DNA of 25,386 nt, taken from contig JAZRGP010000465.1 in the NCBI GenBank assembly GCA_045644225.1, positions 1 through 25,386 on the forward strand, written 5' to 3'. The position numbers and the translations under genes were made by a program. Within the stretch, counting starts at the first letter, position 1, and each line of letters starts with the position of its first letter. Source of the stretch: Christensenellaceae bacterium (GTDB lineage Bacteria; Bacillota; Clostridia; Christensenellales; Christensenellaceae). The notes beneath the pieces were generated by a model. It had not been told where the DNA came from, did not search any database, and saw only the letters and a list, made by a program, of their open reading frames with translations. Below are positions 1 through 8,464 of this stretch, one piece after another.

Positions 1-2
1 AC

Positions 3-827
3 GGCAAGTGGTTCCGATGGTCGCAGGGTGTGGGCGGCGTCAGTGCTCTCGACTTCCTTGTAAAGGTGCGGAACATGGACTTTGTAAGCGCGGTAAAAAC
101 GCTCAATGAATCTTGTATTTCTATTTCTCAGACAGAACCAACACCTAAAGAACGAAAACCATTCACCCTGCCAAAGCAAAACGAGGATAACGACCGCGTT
201 ATGCAGTATCTCTCGGCAAGAGGGATTCACCGCGGACTGATTATCTCCTGCATCAAGATGCGGCTTCTGTATGAAGATCTGCGGCACAACTGTGTGTTTG
301 TGGGATATGACGGAGAAACCGCAAAGTATGCGTATCTTAGAAGCACAGATCCCGCATCCACCTTTATGCAGGAAGCAGCGGGCAGCGATAAGCGATACTC
401 TTTCTCTCTGCCCGTGCAAAGCAGTGATACCTTGAATGTCTTTGAGAGTGCGATAGATTCCCTTTCTCTTGCATCTATGGATCTGAATAACGACAAACCT
501 CTCAGCAACTATTTAAGTCTTTCGGGGATCTACCAGCCAAAGAAAGAGATCCTGCAGACTCCGATCCCCGTTTCTCTCGATCATTATTTGAGGAAAAATC
601 CACAAATTGCAAAGATCCACCTTTGCTTTGACAATGACTTTGCAGGAGAACGCGCGGCGCATACGATCCAAGAACAGTTAAAGAACAGCTACAGTGTTTC
701 TTACACACCTCCGCCGAGAGGTAAGGACTACAATGAATGGCTGATGAAAGAAAGTGGTCTCGACGGAATACGGGTAAGAGCATCTGCAAAAGGACTTCTG
801 CACCGATGTTCTTCTCTCGGAGAGTAG
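3..827 (+). CDS. Toprim-domain protein (DUF3991/toprim-type ICE primase-like protein), 5'-truncated
   Basis: Frame is open from base 3 (GKWFRWSQGVGGVSALDFL). Toprim motifs VFESAIDSLS, LCFDNDFAGERAA and PPRGKDYNEWL are present. Confidence 0.8.
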   Translation, partial: GKWFRWSQGVGGVSALDFLVKVRNMDFVSAVKTLNESCISISQTEPTPKERKPFTLPKQNEDNDRVMQYLSARGIHRGLIISCIKMRLLYEDLRHNCVFVGYDGETAKYAYLRSTDPASTFMQEAAGSDKRYSFSLPVQSSDTLNVFESAIDSLSLASMDLNNDKPLSNYLSLSGIYQPKKEILQTPIPVSLDHYLRKNPQIAKIHLCFDNDFAGERAAHTIQEQLKNSYSVSYTPPPRGKDYNEWLMKESGLDGIRVRASAKGLLHRCSSLGE

Positions 828-831
828 ATAA

Positions 832-913
832 GGGGGATGCTTTCTGCATCTCACTAACGAGCATTGGATTTGATTAACCAAATCCGCCCGTAAGGGAGAA
901 CCCTTAACCCCCC
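832..913. promoter_or_regulatory. Candidate origin of transfer (oriT), clustered inverted repeats upstream of mobC
   Basis: Three inverted repeats: GATGC/GCATC (836-850), GGATTTG/CAAATCC (866-885) and TAAGGG/CCCTTA (891-906), in the 100-bp gap directly before mobC. The nic site is not identified. Confidence 0.45.
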
Positions 914-927
914 GAAAGGAGAAAGCA

Positions 928-1263
928 ATGCGAAAAAGAAATATACAGGTGATGATCCACCTAAATGAAAAAGAATACAATGACTTGATGCGGCACGTTC
1001 GCAAAACAGGCCTTTCAAGAGAAGCCTACATCCGAAAACTGCTGCAGGGTTATGTTCCGCGAGAGCTCCCGCCCATTGATTATTACGGTATGATGCGAGA
1101 GCTCAACGCTATTGGCAATAACCTCCACCAGATCTCAGCCCGAGCTAATAAGACGGGCTTTTTTCTTGCAGAGAAGTATGATGAGAACTACAAGCAGTTA
1201 ATGGAAAAGGTGTTGGAGATACAGGCGGCGGTGATTTTACCTGAAAAAGTCAATCAACCCTAA
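928..1263 (+). CDS. mobC: Plasmid mobilization relaxosome protein MobC
   Basis: Ribbon-helix-helix-like N-terminus (IHLNEKEYNDL...GLSREAYIRKLL), ELNAIGNNLHQIS motif, RBS AAGGAG. Confidence 0.9.
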   Translation: MRKRNIQVMIHLNEKEYNDLMRHVRKTGLSREAYIRKLLQGYVPRELPPIDYYGMMRELNAIGNNLHQISARANKTGFFLAEKYDENYKQLMEKVLEIQAAVILPEKVNQP

Positions 1264-1280
1264 AAGTCACTTTTCTATAT

Positions 1281-1308
1281 AAAAAATCCTCCTTGTATTA
1301 GGAGGATT
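1281..1308 (-). terminator. Rho-independent terminator of the PBECR4 gene
   Basis: 9-bp stem AATCCTCCT/AGGAGGATT (1285-1308) with a U-tract on the minus strand, just past the PBECR4 stop. Confidence 0.75.
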
Positions 1309-1329
1309 GCAATGTGGTTTATTGAAAAA

Positions 1330-1968
1330 TTATGTGATCTTTAATAGATACGAATATTCATCAGGATATTTAATTTTACTCCAATCTGCTTTGGGGGATT
1401 TGTAAGTAAGTTCCTGATACTTTTCGTCCCTTATGTTTTTTCTGTAAGTCGCAATGATTTGAAGTTGATTTGATATGATATTTCTCATATCTTCTCTTAA
1501 AATAGTATTTGGAACATATTCCGAATCATCTTCGTTATACTGGAAACCCATACACATTTTAATGTTTCCGGCAAGTTTATCTGTTGTCAGTTTGGGTTTT
1601 AAAGAGTTATGGTCTCCAATCATTTTCGCTTGCAAATTTTTGCAGATTATATTGGGAAGTATCAAAAGTTTGAGCTGTGTGGTTCCATCTTCAGCAAACA
1701 TAAAATCTGCTTCACTAAGTTTATGGTTAAGACACTTTTGATAAAAATCATTTGCAAATAATTTTGCATTCGGATCATCCGCCGTATTTGCTTTTAATCC
1801 TGTTAAATGCATAAAATTATGTGCATGAAACGAAAACTCAAAAGCAAAAACTTTCTTGTGTTTGTCCGTGCATAGAAACAGTAACTTTTTACCATTTAAT
1901 TCTGTTTCATATTTATGAGCGCAATCTACAACGATTGAAATTGCCTCTTTTTTTGTTAAATTCCCCAT
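1330..1968 (-). CDS. PBECR4-domain protein (predicted Barnase/EndoU/ColicinE5-D/RelE-like RNase)
   Basis: Motifs recognised as PBECR4-like: KKEAISIVVDCAHKY, NFMHLTGL, FYQKCL, DGTTQLKL, LTTDKLAGN, YVPNTILREDMR. RBS AAAGGA. AT-rich relative to the backbone. Confidence 0.75.
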   Translation of the reverse strand: MGNLTKKEAISIVVDCAHKYETELNGKKLLFLCTDKHKKVFAFEFSFHAHNFMHLTGLKANTADDPNAKLFANDFYQKCLNHKLSEADFMFAEDGTTQLKLLILPNIICKNLQAKMIGDHNSLKPKLTTDKLAGNIKMCMGFQYNEDDSEYVPNTILREDMRNIISNQLQIIATYRKNIRDEKYQELTYKSPKADWSKIKYPDEYSYLLKIT

Positions 1969-1986
1969 TACACTTCGTCCTTTAGT

Positions 1987-2032
1987 AAAAAAGAGAAGAC
2001 TGCAACACCGCAGTGTTACTCGTCTTCTCTTT
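1987..2032 (-). terminator. Intrinsic terminator between the RNA leader and the PBECR4 start codon
   Basis: 11-bp stem AAAGAGAAGAC/GTCTTCTCTTT plus inner AACAC/GTGTT stem, ending in a U6 tract on the minus strand about 19 nt before the ATG. Confidence 0.8.
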
Positions 2033-2042
2033 GGTTGACTGG

Positions 2043-2149
2043 TTTTTCTGTCGTCCGCCGACGCTCAGTTCCATCTGGTCGAAAACCATTCTACTGCATC
2101 TATTTCGGATTTTTCTGTTGTCCGCCAACACCCCAGCCCAATGTCTGGT
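2043..2149 (-). repeat. Two imperfect direct repeats (37 and 40 nt) with a covarying hairpin and AGAAAAA tail
   Basis: RNA sense: ACCAGACAUUGGGCUGGGGUGUUGGCGGACAACAGAAAAA (2149-2110) and ACCAGAUGGAACUGAGCGUCGGCGGACGACAGAAAAA (2079-2043). Confidence 0.8.
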
Positions 2150-2208
2150 ATCAGTATCGGATTAAAGTGCCAGTCGCACTAGAGGAATGACGTCCTCTAT
2201 CCAATTTC

Positions 2209-2238
2209 ATTATATGCAAAACTAGCCTGCTATGTCAA
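2209..2238 (-). promoter_or_regulatory. SigA-type promoter driving the RNA repeat-PBECR4 unit
   Basis: Minus-strand TTGACA (2238-2233), 18-bp spacer, TATAAT (2214-2209). Both hexamers are perfect consensus. Confidence 0.75.
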
Positions 2239-2350
2239 TAGCTATCTTTAGCACATAATTAACGACTTTCAGTCAACCAAGAACAATTAAGTTCTCTCTT
2301 ATACTATGTGTCAATCCAATTAAAATAAACAAGAAATAAATGGAGGATTT

Positions 2351-3697
2351 ATGGCAACCACGCGAATATGGAAAGTTCAAAGTAATTTGCTCCGTGTTGT
2401 AAATTATGCAAAAGATGAAAACAAAACAGAAAATCCGAAATGGAATGAAGAGCAATATCAGGTTTTGCAGGATGTTATGGATTATGCTATGGATGATTAT
2501 AAGACCGAGAAACAATACTATGTTACGGCTCTTAACTGTAATGCAGATTATGCACGAACACAAATGCAGATGACGAAAAAACAATTTGAGAAAGAAGATA
2601 AGATCCTTGCATGGCACGGGTATCAGAGCTTTGCAGAAAATGAAGTGGATGCGGATACAGCGCATGACGTTGGTGTAAAACTTGCGCAACAACTATGGCC
2701 GGAATATCAGGTAATCGTTGCAACGCATCTCAACACAAAGTGTTTTCACAACCATTTTGTGCTAAACTCAGTCTCGTTTCTTGACGGGAAGAAGTTTAAC
2801 GCCTGCAAAGAAAGCTATCGTAAAATGCGAGCCGAATCGGATCGGTTGTGCAAAGAATATGGACTGTCCATTATAACAGAACACAAAGCATATTATCCGA
2901 AACATTATGCAGAATGGGATGCAGAGCAAAAGGGGCTGCCTACATGGCGCAGCGCAATTAGAGTGGATGTAGATGCAGCATTAAAAAGTTCTATGACATG
3001 GAGTGCTTTCCTTCACAATCTGCAAGCCCGAGGATATGAAATAAAATACGGGAAGCATATTGCAATACGCCCCCCGGGGAAAGAGCGATTTGTTCGGCTG
3101 AGATCTCTCGGGGAGAATTATACTGAGGAAAAGATTCGGGATAGAATCCTTGGGAAGAAATCAGTAAAATCATATCCAACCATCAATGAAAAAAAGATAT
3201 TATCTCTGAAATGGTCGGAAGATTTTCGCTTATCCAAGGTTACTTGGAAAGGATTGAGAGCATTATATTTCTTTTATTTACGCAAATTGCGTGAAGCCCA
3301 GAAGAATCCAGAAAGCGTGTCATACCTTATTCGGGATGATTTGCGAAGGTTAGATGAAATTAGTGAACAAACCATGTTTTTATTTAATAATAGAATTGAT
3401 AAGATGGAACAACTCCAAACATTAAAACATAGTTTGGAATCGCAAATATCAGCATTATCAACAAGGCAGAAAGAGTTTTATAAAGAAAAGCGACGCGGAG
3501 AAACTGCTGCTAATCAGAGAGAAATAATAATAACATTAAAAGGCATTTCGACTCAAATTAAAAGATTGCGGGATGATATAAAAATGTGTGAAAACATAGA
3601 ATCTTTCTCTACGCGCTTAAATAAAACATATAAAAAATTAAAAACAACTAATAAATGCATATCCGAAAATCAGCGTTCATCTCGAGCGCTTTTTTAA
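2351..3697 (+). CDS. MOB_P-family relaxase (relaxase/mobilization nuclease domain)
   Basis: N-terminal Tyr (VVNYAKD), AWHGYQSF motif, HLNTKCFHNH 3H motif, RBS GGAGG. Confidence 0.9.
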   Translation: MATTRIWKVQSNLLRVVNYAKDENKTENPKWNEEQYQVLQDVMDYAMDDYKTEKQYYVTALNCNADYARTQMQMTKKQFEKEDKILAWHGYQSFAENEVDADTAHDVGVKLAQQLWPEYQVIVATHLNTKCFHNHFVLNSVSFLDGKKFNACKESYRKMRAESDRLCKEYGLSIITEHKAYYPKHYAEWDAEQKGLPTWRSAIRVDVDAALKSSMTWSAFLHNLQARGYEIKYGKHIAIRPPGKERFVRLRSLGENYTEEKIRDRILGKKSVKSYPTINEKKILSLKWSEDFRLSKVTWKGLRALYFFYLRKLREAQKNPESVSYLIRDDLRRLDEISEQTMFLFNNRIDKMEQLQTLKHSLESQISALSTRQKEFYKEKRRGETAANQREIIITLKGISTQIKRLRDDIKMCENIESFSTRLNKTYKKLKTTNKCISENQRSSRALF

Positions 3698-3717
3698 TAC
3701 AACAAAGGAGGTTAAAT

Positions 3718-4476
3718 ATGCCGCACACAGGCGAAGCAGCAGAGCAGATCGTCAATATGGCGACGGGAATGACAGTAAAAGGAGTGGAGTTTGCTACAAA
3801 CATGGTTGGCAAGGGAGCGTTATCCCTTGCCACTTTTTTGTTAGCGGCACTCAAGGATCAGAAAAGGACAAAGGGAAAGGCGCGGATGCAGGCTTTTAAC
3901 GGGAAACCCACAAAAGTCTTCGTGATCCGCCGAGAGGACTTTAAGCAATTTGCAGAGGAGGCGAAAAAATATGGTGTATTGTATGCCGCCGTAGTAAGTA
4001 AGAAGGATCGAAATGGCGTGGTGGATGTCGTGGTAAATGCCAACGATGCAGCAAAGGTGAACCGCATCGCAGAGCGTTTTGCCATGCCGGCGGAGGAAGT
4101 GGAACAGCTTCGCAGTTCCATCCTGAAAGCACGGGAGGAAAAGGCGCAGAAAGCTGCGGAGGAACCGCCCGAGAAGAACGGAAAGTTTACCGTGGAGGAT
4201 CAGGCACTTAATGAAATGCTCGGAGAAAAACAGCGGGACCCAGAAACTGCGCAGACGGAGAAAAGCAGTCCGTCCGCGCATATATCCGGGAACAAAGAGC
4301 GTTCAGAAGAGGTTTTTTCTGAGCCGGAGCATACCCGCAGTTCTGTAAGAGCGCAGATCAAAGAGATGAAAGCGGAGCGCAAAGAAAAACAGGAGCAGAA
4401 GTCTGTGCCGGATCGTTCTGTGAGACAAACCGTACACAAGCAACCAAAGAAAAAGAGAAAAAAGAAAGAGAGATGA
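3718..4476 (+). CDS. PcfB-family (DUF3801) conjugation protein
   Basis: GEAAEQIVNM start, FAEEAKKYGVLY and DAAKVNRIAERF motifs, charged C-terminal tail. Start placed at ATG 3718 after RBS AAGGAGG. Confidence 0.8.
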   Translation: MPHTGEAAEQIVNMATGMTVKGVEFATNMVGKGALSLATFLLAALKDQKRTKGKARMQAFNGKPTKVFVIRREDFKQFAEEAKKYGVLYAAVVSKKDRNGVVDVVVNANDAAKVNRIAERFAMPAEEVEQLRSSILKAREEKAQKAAEEPPEKNGKFTVEDQALNEMLGEKQRDPETAQTEKSSPSAHISGNKERSEEVFSEPEHTRSSVRAQIKEMKAERKEKQEQKSVPDRSVRQTVHKQPKKKRKKKER

Positions 4477-4480
4477 CACA

Positions 4481-5335
4481 ATGGAAAATTATGATGCAAT
4501 CATTGCAAACACAAGCTTTACAAAACTTTCCACGGAAGAATGGATCCAGAAGAAAAAGGAAGAGCGCGAGAGCCTTTACAGTATGGCAGAACAGATGGCG
4601 AATGAGGTATTATCCTCCCCGGAAAAGCTGAATCAGTATCTGCAGCTGCAGGCAAACCTCGGCAAAGCGAGCACGAGGAATGTTCTGCTTGCAGCAGCAC
4701 AAAAGCCCGAAGCAACTTTTATTCTCTCCGCAGAAGAATGGGGCGAGCGCGGACGCGGGATCCGCAGGGGTGAAGGATCAAAAGCAATCAAGCAGTTCCG
4801 TGCAGATAAGGAATACACCAAGGAAAACGGCGATGTGGTCATGGGTTACAAAGTGGAGCGCTGCTTTGATGTTTCCCAAACCTACGGTACCCCCACTTCC
4901 GAACGTGCATCCTTGGGTATGCCCATGAGAAGCAAGATCAAGGCGTTAATGAAAGATACTGCCGTACCCGTGAAGCTGTCCGAGAAAGTGCCGCAGAATC
5001 TTGGTGCACTGTATTCCGACAAAGAGGATACCATCTTCGTCGCGCCCAATATGGAGGGAGAAGCTCTGTTCTTCACTGTTGCCCGTGAACTGGCGAGAGC
5101 AGACGGATGTGACAGTACATTTCTCTGCGAATGTGCGGCGAGTGTCACTTGCAGGAGGTTTGGGATTGAACCAAAGCCCATCAATGACATCCCCACAGAT
5201 TATGTTGTTATGGACAGCAAAGACAAGAAATATCTGTTGGATGAAGTGCGCGAAGCTGCCACGGAGCTCAATACCCGCATCGATCGCAATCTGTATGCAG
5301 AGCGCCTGCAGAAAAAAGAACAGCCGGAGAGATGA
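4481..5335 (+). CDS. ArdC-like ssDNA-binding (antirestriction-type) protein with a degenerate metallopeptidase motif
   Basis: STRNVLLAAAQKPEAT...EEWGERGRGIRRGEGSKAI matches the ArdC N-terminal pattern. The C-terminal VARELARA sits where HExxH is expected. Confidence 0.6.
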   Translation: MENYDAIIANTSFTKLSTEEWIQKKKEERESLYSMAEQMANEVLSSPEKLNQYLQLQANLGKASTRNVLLAAAQKPEATFILSAEEWGERGRGIRRGEGSKAIKQFRADKEYTKENGDVVMGYKVERCFDVSQTYGTPTSERASLGMPMRSKIKALMKDTAVPVKLSEKVPQNLGALYSDKEDTIFVAPNMEGEALFFTVARELARADGCDSTFLCECAASVTCRRFGIEPKPINDIPTDYVVMDSKDKKYLLDEVREAATELNTRIDRNLYAERLQKKEQPER

Positions 5336-5338
5336 TGT

Positions 5339-5527
5339 ATGGGAGGAAAGCGAATCATTGAAGTAGATGAGTATGCGCGCAATGTCATTATTTCCTCTCT
5401 GAATGACAAACGCAATGCGCTTATAGAGAAAGGCGCGGAGACGTTCCATGTAGACGATGTTTTGCTGGATGTCATAGACGCCCCGACAAAAAAGGAAAAG
5501 AGAAGGCATCGGGAGCAGGAACGATGA
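5339..5527 (+). CDS. Small ICE hypothetical protein
   Basis: 62-aa ORF filling the gap, with ATGA overlap into virD4. The DEY...LNDKRN...DDVLLDVIDAPTKK pattern resembles small proteins preceding VirD4 in such ICEs. Confidence 0.65.
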   Translation: MGGKRIIEVDEYARNVIISSLNDKRNALIEKGAETFHVDDVLLDVIDAPTKKEKRRHREQER

Positions 5528-7302
5528 ACAGCGACAACAAAACTGTAAGAGTCGTGCTCATCGTCATCGGCATCATCCCCGTTACATGGGCGGCCCTTGT
5601 GGTCGCCCCTTTTACTTCTCAAGGACTCTCAGGGATCATTGCAGGATTCACCGAAGCGATGAAGCATCCAACACCGCTGACATGGTGTGAGGATTCTATG
5701 AAAACAATCGTTATTTGCCTTATGTGCTACGGTCTCGGGCTGGGAGTATATTACTCCTCTCGGCATAACTACCGACGCGGTATGGAACACGGCAGCGCAA
5801 AATGGGGATCCCCGAAAGCATTGTACAGAAAGTATGCAGATAAAATGGAAAGCGAAAATGTAATACTTACGGAAAATGTGCGTATTGGTCTGAATGGCAG
5901 AAAGCACAGAAGAAACTTAAATATTCTCTGCGTCGGCGGCAGCGGATCAGGCAAGACACGGCACTATGCCAAGGTCAACATCCTGCAGGCGAATACTTCC
6001 TTTCTTGTACTGGATGTCAAAGGAGAGATCCTGCGGGATACGGGAAGACTCCTCGAGGAAAAGGGATATGAGATCCGAGTCTTTGACCTCGTTAATATGG
6101 AGAAAAGTCACGGGTACAATCCCCTGCAGTATCTGCGGGATGAAAAGGATGTGCTGAAGCTTGTAACCAATCTCGTGCGGAATACCACTCCCAAAGGCGC
6201 ACAAAGCAACGATCCCTTTTGGGAACGAGCGGAAACCGCACTCTTGGAAGCGCTCATCCTGTATCTCAAAAGCGAAGCCCCTGCAGATGAACAGAACTTC
6301 CCCATGATCATGGAGATGATCAGCGCAGCGGAAGTAAGAGAAGAAGATGAGGGGTATGCTTCCGTATTGGATGAACTCTTTGAACGCCTTGAAATGCGGG
6401 ATCCCGAAAACCTTGCGGTCAAGCAGTATCATATCTTCAAATTAGCTGCAGGCAAGACCGCAAAATCTATCCTCATTTCCCTTGGTGTCCGTCTGGAAAA
6501 GTTCAACCTTTCACAGATCGTGAGTATCGTCACCCACGACGAGCTCGACTTACCCTCTCTCGGCACAAAAAAAGTTGCGCTCTTTGCCATTATCCCGGAT
6601 AACGACAGCAGCCTTAATTTTCTTATCGGGATGTTATATACTCAGCTCTTTCAGGAACTCTTTTATCTTGCAGATCATTCCAAGGACGGAAGACTTCCCA
6701 TTCATGTACATTGCGTAATGGACGAGTTTGCGAATGTCGCACTCCCCGACGACTTTGACAAGCTGCTCTCCACTATGCGAAGCCGCGAAGTCAGTGCATC
6801 CATCATCCTGCAGAACATCGCGCAGCTGAAAGCACTCTTTGAGAAGCAATGGGAGAGTATTATCGGGAACTGCGACGAGTTTCTGTATCTCGGGGGAAAT
6901 GAGCAGTCGACCCACAAGTATGTAGCAGAGCTCTTGGGCAAAGAAACTATCGATGTGAACACCTATGGGAAAAGCTCAGGCAGAAACGGGAACTATTCCA
7001 CAAACTACCAACTTTCAGGACGAGAGCTCTTGGATCCATCGGAGGTGCGGATGCTGGATAACCGCTATGCGCTGCTCTTTATCCGCGGGGAGAGACCTAT
7101 TAAAGACGAGAAGTATGACATCTTAAAACATCCCAATATTGCACTTACAACAGATGGAGGTGCTCCCGCATACATTCACGGGCAGGCACCTTTTTCTTTT
7201 GAACCCGAAAGCATCTTTCTTGGCGGTGAGTATGAAGAATATGAAGTGCTCTCCGAGGAAGATGTAAATGAATTATTTGAAAAGGAGAACAACAATGAGT
7301 AA
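5524..7302 (+). CDS. virD4: VirD4-like type IV coupling protein
   Basis: Two N-terminal TM segments, HGSAKW motif, Walker A GGSGSGKT, LDVKGE, MDEFANV, STMRSR. Confidence 0.93.
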   Translation: MNSDNKTVRVVLIVIGIIPVTWAALVVAPFTSQGLSGIIAGFTEAMKHPTPLTWCEDSMKTIVICLMCYGLGLGVYYSSRHNYRRGMEHGSAKWGSPKALYRKYADKMESENVILTENVRIGLNGRKHRRNLNILCVGGSGSGKTRHYAKVNILQANTSFLVLDVKGEILRDTGRLLEEKGYEIRVFDLVNMEKSHGYNPLQYLRDEKDVLKLVTNLVRNTTPKGAQSNDPFWERAETALLEALILYLKSEAPADEQNFPMIMEMISAAEVREEDEGYASVLDELFERLEMRDPENLAVKQYHIFKLAAGKTAKSILISLGVRLEKFNLSQIVSIVTHDELDLPSLGTKKVALFAIIPDNDSSLNFLIGMLYTQLFQELFYLADHSKDGRLPIHVHCVMDEFANVALPDDFDKLLSTMRSREVSASIILQNIAQLKALFEKQWESIIGNCDEFLYLGGNEQSTHKYVAELLGKETIDVNTYGKSSGRNGNYSTNYQLSGRELLDPSEVRMLDNRYALLFIRGERPIKDEKYDILKHPNIALTTDGGAPAYIHGQAPFSFEPESIFLGGEYEEYEVLSEEDVNELFEKENNNE

Positions 7303-7591
7303 AAAAACAAAGAAGATCCTCGTGATCTTCTCCATCATGGTACTGGTATTTTCTACAACGGCAACAGCTTTTGCTGCGGACGATCCGCTTCAGGTCGTAA
7401 ACAACCTCTCTGAGTTTATCTTCGGTCTTATACGCGCAATCGGCATTATTCTGCTTGCCTTTGGTATCGTGCAGGTGGGTCTTTCTCTCAAATCCCACGA
7501 CCCCTCTCAGAGGGCAAATGGTTTCCTTACCCTTGCGGGCGGGATCATCATCACCTTTGCAAAAGAGATCCTTAACCTTATTACGGGGTAA
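7295..7591 (+). CDS. VirB2/TrbC-like pilin-type conjugation membrane protein
   Basis: Signal peptide ending TAFAA followed by two hydrophobic helices. Lies between virD4 and virB6. RBS AAGGAG before ATG 7295. Confidence 0.65.
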   Translation: MSKKTKKILVIFSIMVLVFSTTATAFAADDPLQVVNNLSEFIFGLIRAIGIILLAFGIVQVGLSLKSHDPSQRANGFLTLAGGIIITFAKEILNLITG

Positions 7592-7621
7592 GCGAGCGCA
7601 TCATAGAGAGGAGGTGAAAGA

Positions 7622-8464
7622 TTGGGAAGCGGAAAATGGATCATAGACAACATTTGCTATGCAATAGAGATATGGAACGAGAAACTGGCGGAAATATGGC
7701 TTATCATTACCCAGTCTCCCCAAAACTTTAAAGGAGGCGGAATATGGCAGATCGTTCTGAGCATTAACGGAGCATTGAAAGCCATCGGGTATGCGTTATT
7801 GGTTCTGTTCTTCCTTATGGGTGTTGTGAAGACCGCGGGATCCTTCACAGAAATAAAGCGCCCGGAACACGCATTGAAGCTGTTCGTGCGCTTTGTTTTG
7901 GCAAAAGCCGTTGTAACATACGGGTTAGATCTCATGTTGGCGTTGTTCCGCATTGTGCAGGGTGTGATCTCCACGGCGATGAACGCCGCAGGAGTAGCAA
8001 CACAGGCAGCCGTTACACTTCCTGCGGAAATGGGTACGGCGATCGAAGCATTGACCTTCTCGCAGACCATCCCTGCATGGGCAGTAAGCTTGATCGGGAG
8101 CCTTATAGTGATCGTGTTGTCCTTCGTCATGATCATGAGCGTATATGGCAGATTTTTTAAGCTATATCTTTACACCGCCATAGCACCTATCCCCTTGGCG
8201 GCATTCGCAGGAGAGCCTACGGCAAACATCGGTCGGAGCTTCCTGAAATCCTATGCAGCGGTGTGCCTGGAAGGTGCGGTGATCATCTTAGGATGTATCA
8301 TTTTCAACGAATTTGCATCATCCCCTCCCGTAGTAGATACCACGGCTACGCCTGTCACGATGGTTTGGTCGTATATGGGGGAACTCATATTCAACCTGCT
8401 TGTGCTGACAGGATCCGTAAAAATGGCAGACCGCGTGGTGCGGGAGATGTTCGGGCTGCATTAA
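7622..8464 (+). CDS. VirB6/TrbL-like polytopic conjugation membrane protein
   Basis: Multiple TM segments, YGRFFKLYLYTAIAPIPLAAF and IGRSFLKSYAAVCLEG motifs, TTG start after GAGGAGGTG. Confidence 0.8.
   Translation: MGSGKWIIDNICYAIEIWNEKLAEIWLIITQSPQNFKGGGIWQIVLSINGALKAIGYALLVLFFLMGVVKTAGSFTEIKRPEHALKLFVRFVLAKAVVTYGLDLMLALFRIVQGVISTAMNAAGVATQAAVTLPAEMGTAIEALTFSQTIPAWAVSLIGSLIVIVLSFVMIMSVYGRFFKLYLYTAIAPIPLAAFAGEPTANIGRSFLKSYAAVCLEGAVIILGCIIFNEFASSPPVVDTTATPVTMVWSYMGELIFNLLVLTGSVKMADRVVREMFGLH

Larger units (their letters stand above)
1987..2202 (-). ncRNA. Putative ~215-nt structured RNA (candidate antitoxin RNA) upstream of the PBECR4 gene
   Basis: Bounded by a TTGACA/TATAAT promoter and a terminator. 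Contains hairpins UAGAGGA/UCCUCUA and GUGC/GCAC, and two related repeat units. No ORF on this strand in the track. Confidence 0.6.

Noticed and set aside
2043-2149. Repeats upstream of PBECR4 as a mini CRISPR array
   Set aside because: There are only two degenerate copies with internal length variation, no spacer series and no cas gene. The covariation points to a folded RNA instead.
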